From positions 138-60,090 of the forward strand of contig JAOZMX010000002.1 of assembly GCA_029934065.1 (NCBI GenBank): a stretch of 59,953 bases of DNA, in the 5' to 3' direction. The notes beneath the pieces were generated by a model that saw only the letters and a list, made by a program, of their open reading frames with translations, made no database searches and was not told where the DNA came from. This DNA comes from Bacteroidales bacterium (GTDB lineage: Bacteria; Bacteroidota; Bacteroidia; Bacteroidales; 4484-276). Shown one piece after another: positions 58,662 through 59,953 of this stretch (the first letter of the stretch is position 1; every line of letters starts with the position of its first letter). The position numbers and the translations under genes are program-made.

Positions 58662-59273
58662 TTATGGTTTGATAATGATTGAAAATTTCGAAATCTTACT
58701 GATATTGTCCATACCTTGTTCAACTTTGTTTATATTGTTGTTCAGCATCTCCAGGTTCTGGTTCAGTTTATCCAATTGCACCATCGGCATGATCCCGTCG
58801 GTGTTGATCCGGTTCATTCGTTGCAGGGGTGTGATCCCCCGGTTCAATTTTGCCGAAACAAAATCCAATACCTCTCTGGTCTGGTCATAGGCCAATTGTT
58901 TTTCCTGCATGGTGTAACGGGTTGCACTAACATTTCCGGTATTCAGGTTTTTCGACAATTTGCTTTGGTGGAAAAAGGCGAAAACAAGAAGTATGCTTGC
59001 GGCAATTCCCGTGAAATAATACCAAAAGCGGCGGTTGCGGAAAAAAGCCATTTGCGTTTGCCGGTGAATGTTTTCCGAAATTCGTGCTTCAAGTTCGGAG
59101 GGCATTTTTGCCTGTTTCTCTTTTTCAAAATAGGTAAACAATCCGGCATAAGCTTTGAACTGTTCCGGAACATCATCTGTAGAAAAATAGGTTTTCAATA
59201 TCCTTTCTTCATCCAGCGATGTTTCTCCATCGAGATATTTGTCGAGCAATATTTCAATTTCCCTGGTATTCAT
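58662..59273 (-). CDS. Putative anti-sigma factor (single-pass membrane protein)
   Basis: 203-codon ORF whose ATG overlaps the sigma-factor gene by 20 nt. N-terminal LLDKYLDGETSLDEERILKTYF resembles Bacteroidota anti-sigma N-termini. One TM segment (FWYYFTGIAASILLVFAFF). Confidence 0.65.
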   Translation of the reverse strand: MNTREIEILLDKYLDGETSLDEERILKTYFSTDDVPEQFKAYAGLFTYFEKEKQAKMPSELEARISENIHRQTQMAFFRNRRFWYYFTGIAASILLVFAFFHQSKLSKNLNTGNVSATRYTMQEKQLAYDQTREVLDFVSAKLNRGITPLQRMNRINTDGIMPMVQLDKLNQNLEMLNNNINKVEQGMDNISKISKFSIIIKP

Positions 59274-59769
59274 ACATCTGATTTTTTATCACCTGTTCTT
59301 TGATTGATTTGCGTGCCCGCGAAAGTGCCACCCTTACAGCATTGGGCTTCATCTGCATAATTTCGGCTATTTCGTCGAATTCCATCCCTTCGATATCCCG
59401 CAACTGAATGATGATCCGCGATTGCTCGGGCAACCGGCTGATCAGGGCATGCACCATGCCGATTTCATCTTTCAGCTCGACGATCTTTTCGGGCGATCTG
59501 TGATCCGCCGGCGTGTTCCATTCTCCGATGGGTTCATTGCGGTAGCCCTTTGCCTTGATCCTGTCGAGACAAAGATTTTTGGTCACCGTCATGGCAAAGG
59601 CCTCAATGCTCCGGTACCCCGAAATTTCCTCTTTGCGCTCCCACAATTTGTAAAAGACCTCCTGAATGACATCTTCCGCATCTTCGATATCATTTAAAAT
59701 TCTTTTTGCCAACCGGAAAATTTTATCCTTCACCGGTAAAACATGTATTTTAAATTCCGCTGTTGTCAT
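59254..59769 (-). CDS. ECF-type RNA polymerase sigma-70 factor
   Basis: 171-codon ORF with ATG start. Region 2 block DAEDVIQEVFYKLWE and region 4 HTH block LPEQSRIIIQLRDIEGMEFDEIAEIMQMKPNAVRVALSRARKSI. Confidence 0.9.
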   Translation of the reverse strand: MTTAEFKIHVLPVKDKIFRLAKRILNDIEDAEDVIQEVFYKLWERKEEISGYRSIEAFAMTVTKNLCLDRIKAKGYRNEPIGEWNTPADHRSPEKIVELKDEIGMVHALISRLPEQSRIIIQLRDIEGMEFDEIAEIMQMKPNAVRVALSRARKSIKEQVIKNQMYEYQGN

Positions 59770-59953
59770 TCGTTTTCAAGACGAGATTATGAGGTGAATA
59801 TTACAACCGGCTCCTGATTTTCCCCCGTTCATTCCGGCAGTTAAATTTAAACCGAATCATTAGCACATTTATTTTCAATGCATTAATAAAATATTTTCAC
59901 CCCGGATTTGCACGCATCCAAATTTATTTATTTTTGTACGGTTAATTCTTGGG

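Noticed and set aside
1-59953. Scan for CRISPR arrays, tRNA/rRNA genes, a reverse transcriptase (diversity-generating retroelement targeting the giant genes) and a cobalamin riboswitch near metH
   Set aside because: No spaced direct-repeat array is present. No cloverleaf-like or rRNA-like sequence appears in any intergenic spacer. No ORF has RT (YxDD) or integrase motifs. The metH leader is only ~30 nt. The scan was by eye only, so small or degenerate elements could have been missed.

Overview
The window reads as a Bacteroidota chromosome segment. Four ORFs end in type-A T9SS C-terminal sorting domains. Exact TAnnTTTG -7 boxes sit 8-60 nt upstream of many start codons. Envelope genes of DUF4136/DUF3575/DUF4252 type are present.

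Left part (0.1-15.5 kb): a secreted Asp-box propeller protein, a membrane/P-loop fusion gene followed by a PfkB kinase, a lipoprotein, an iron alcohol dehydrogenase, and a xylB-GH31-xylA-xylE xylose operon.

Centre (15.7-46.1 kb), the unusual part: three very large T9SS cargo genes of 1751, 1570 and 5387 codons lie divergently around a receiver-domain/PPDK_N-type gene. The three proteins differ at their N-termini. All end in the same ~380-aa cassette. They reuse a ~110-aa module (PTGxPY...GVFDG.LCVG...TAWE...GFTPGN) that I cannot assign to a named family. All four LamG-like domains in the locus are nested inside other beta-sandwich domains.

Right part (46.4-59.8 kb): a five-gene outer-membrane/lipoprotein cluster, a sulfatase, a small AT-rich islet with a truncated DUF1016 gene, metH, and an ECF sigma/anti-sigma/DUF4252 operon.

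I recognised no rRNA, tRNA, CRISPR array, transposase, integrase or reverse transcriptase. All domain names come from reading motifs in the supplied translations. No database search or alignment program was run, so family assignments are provisional.
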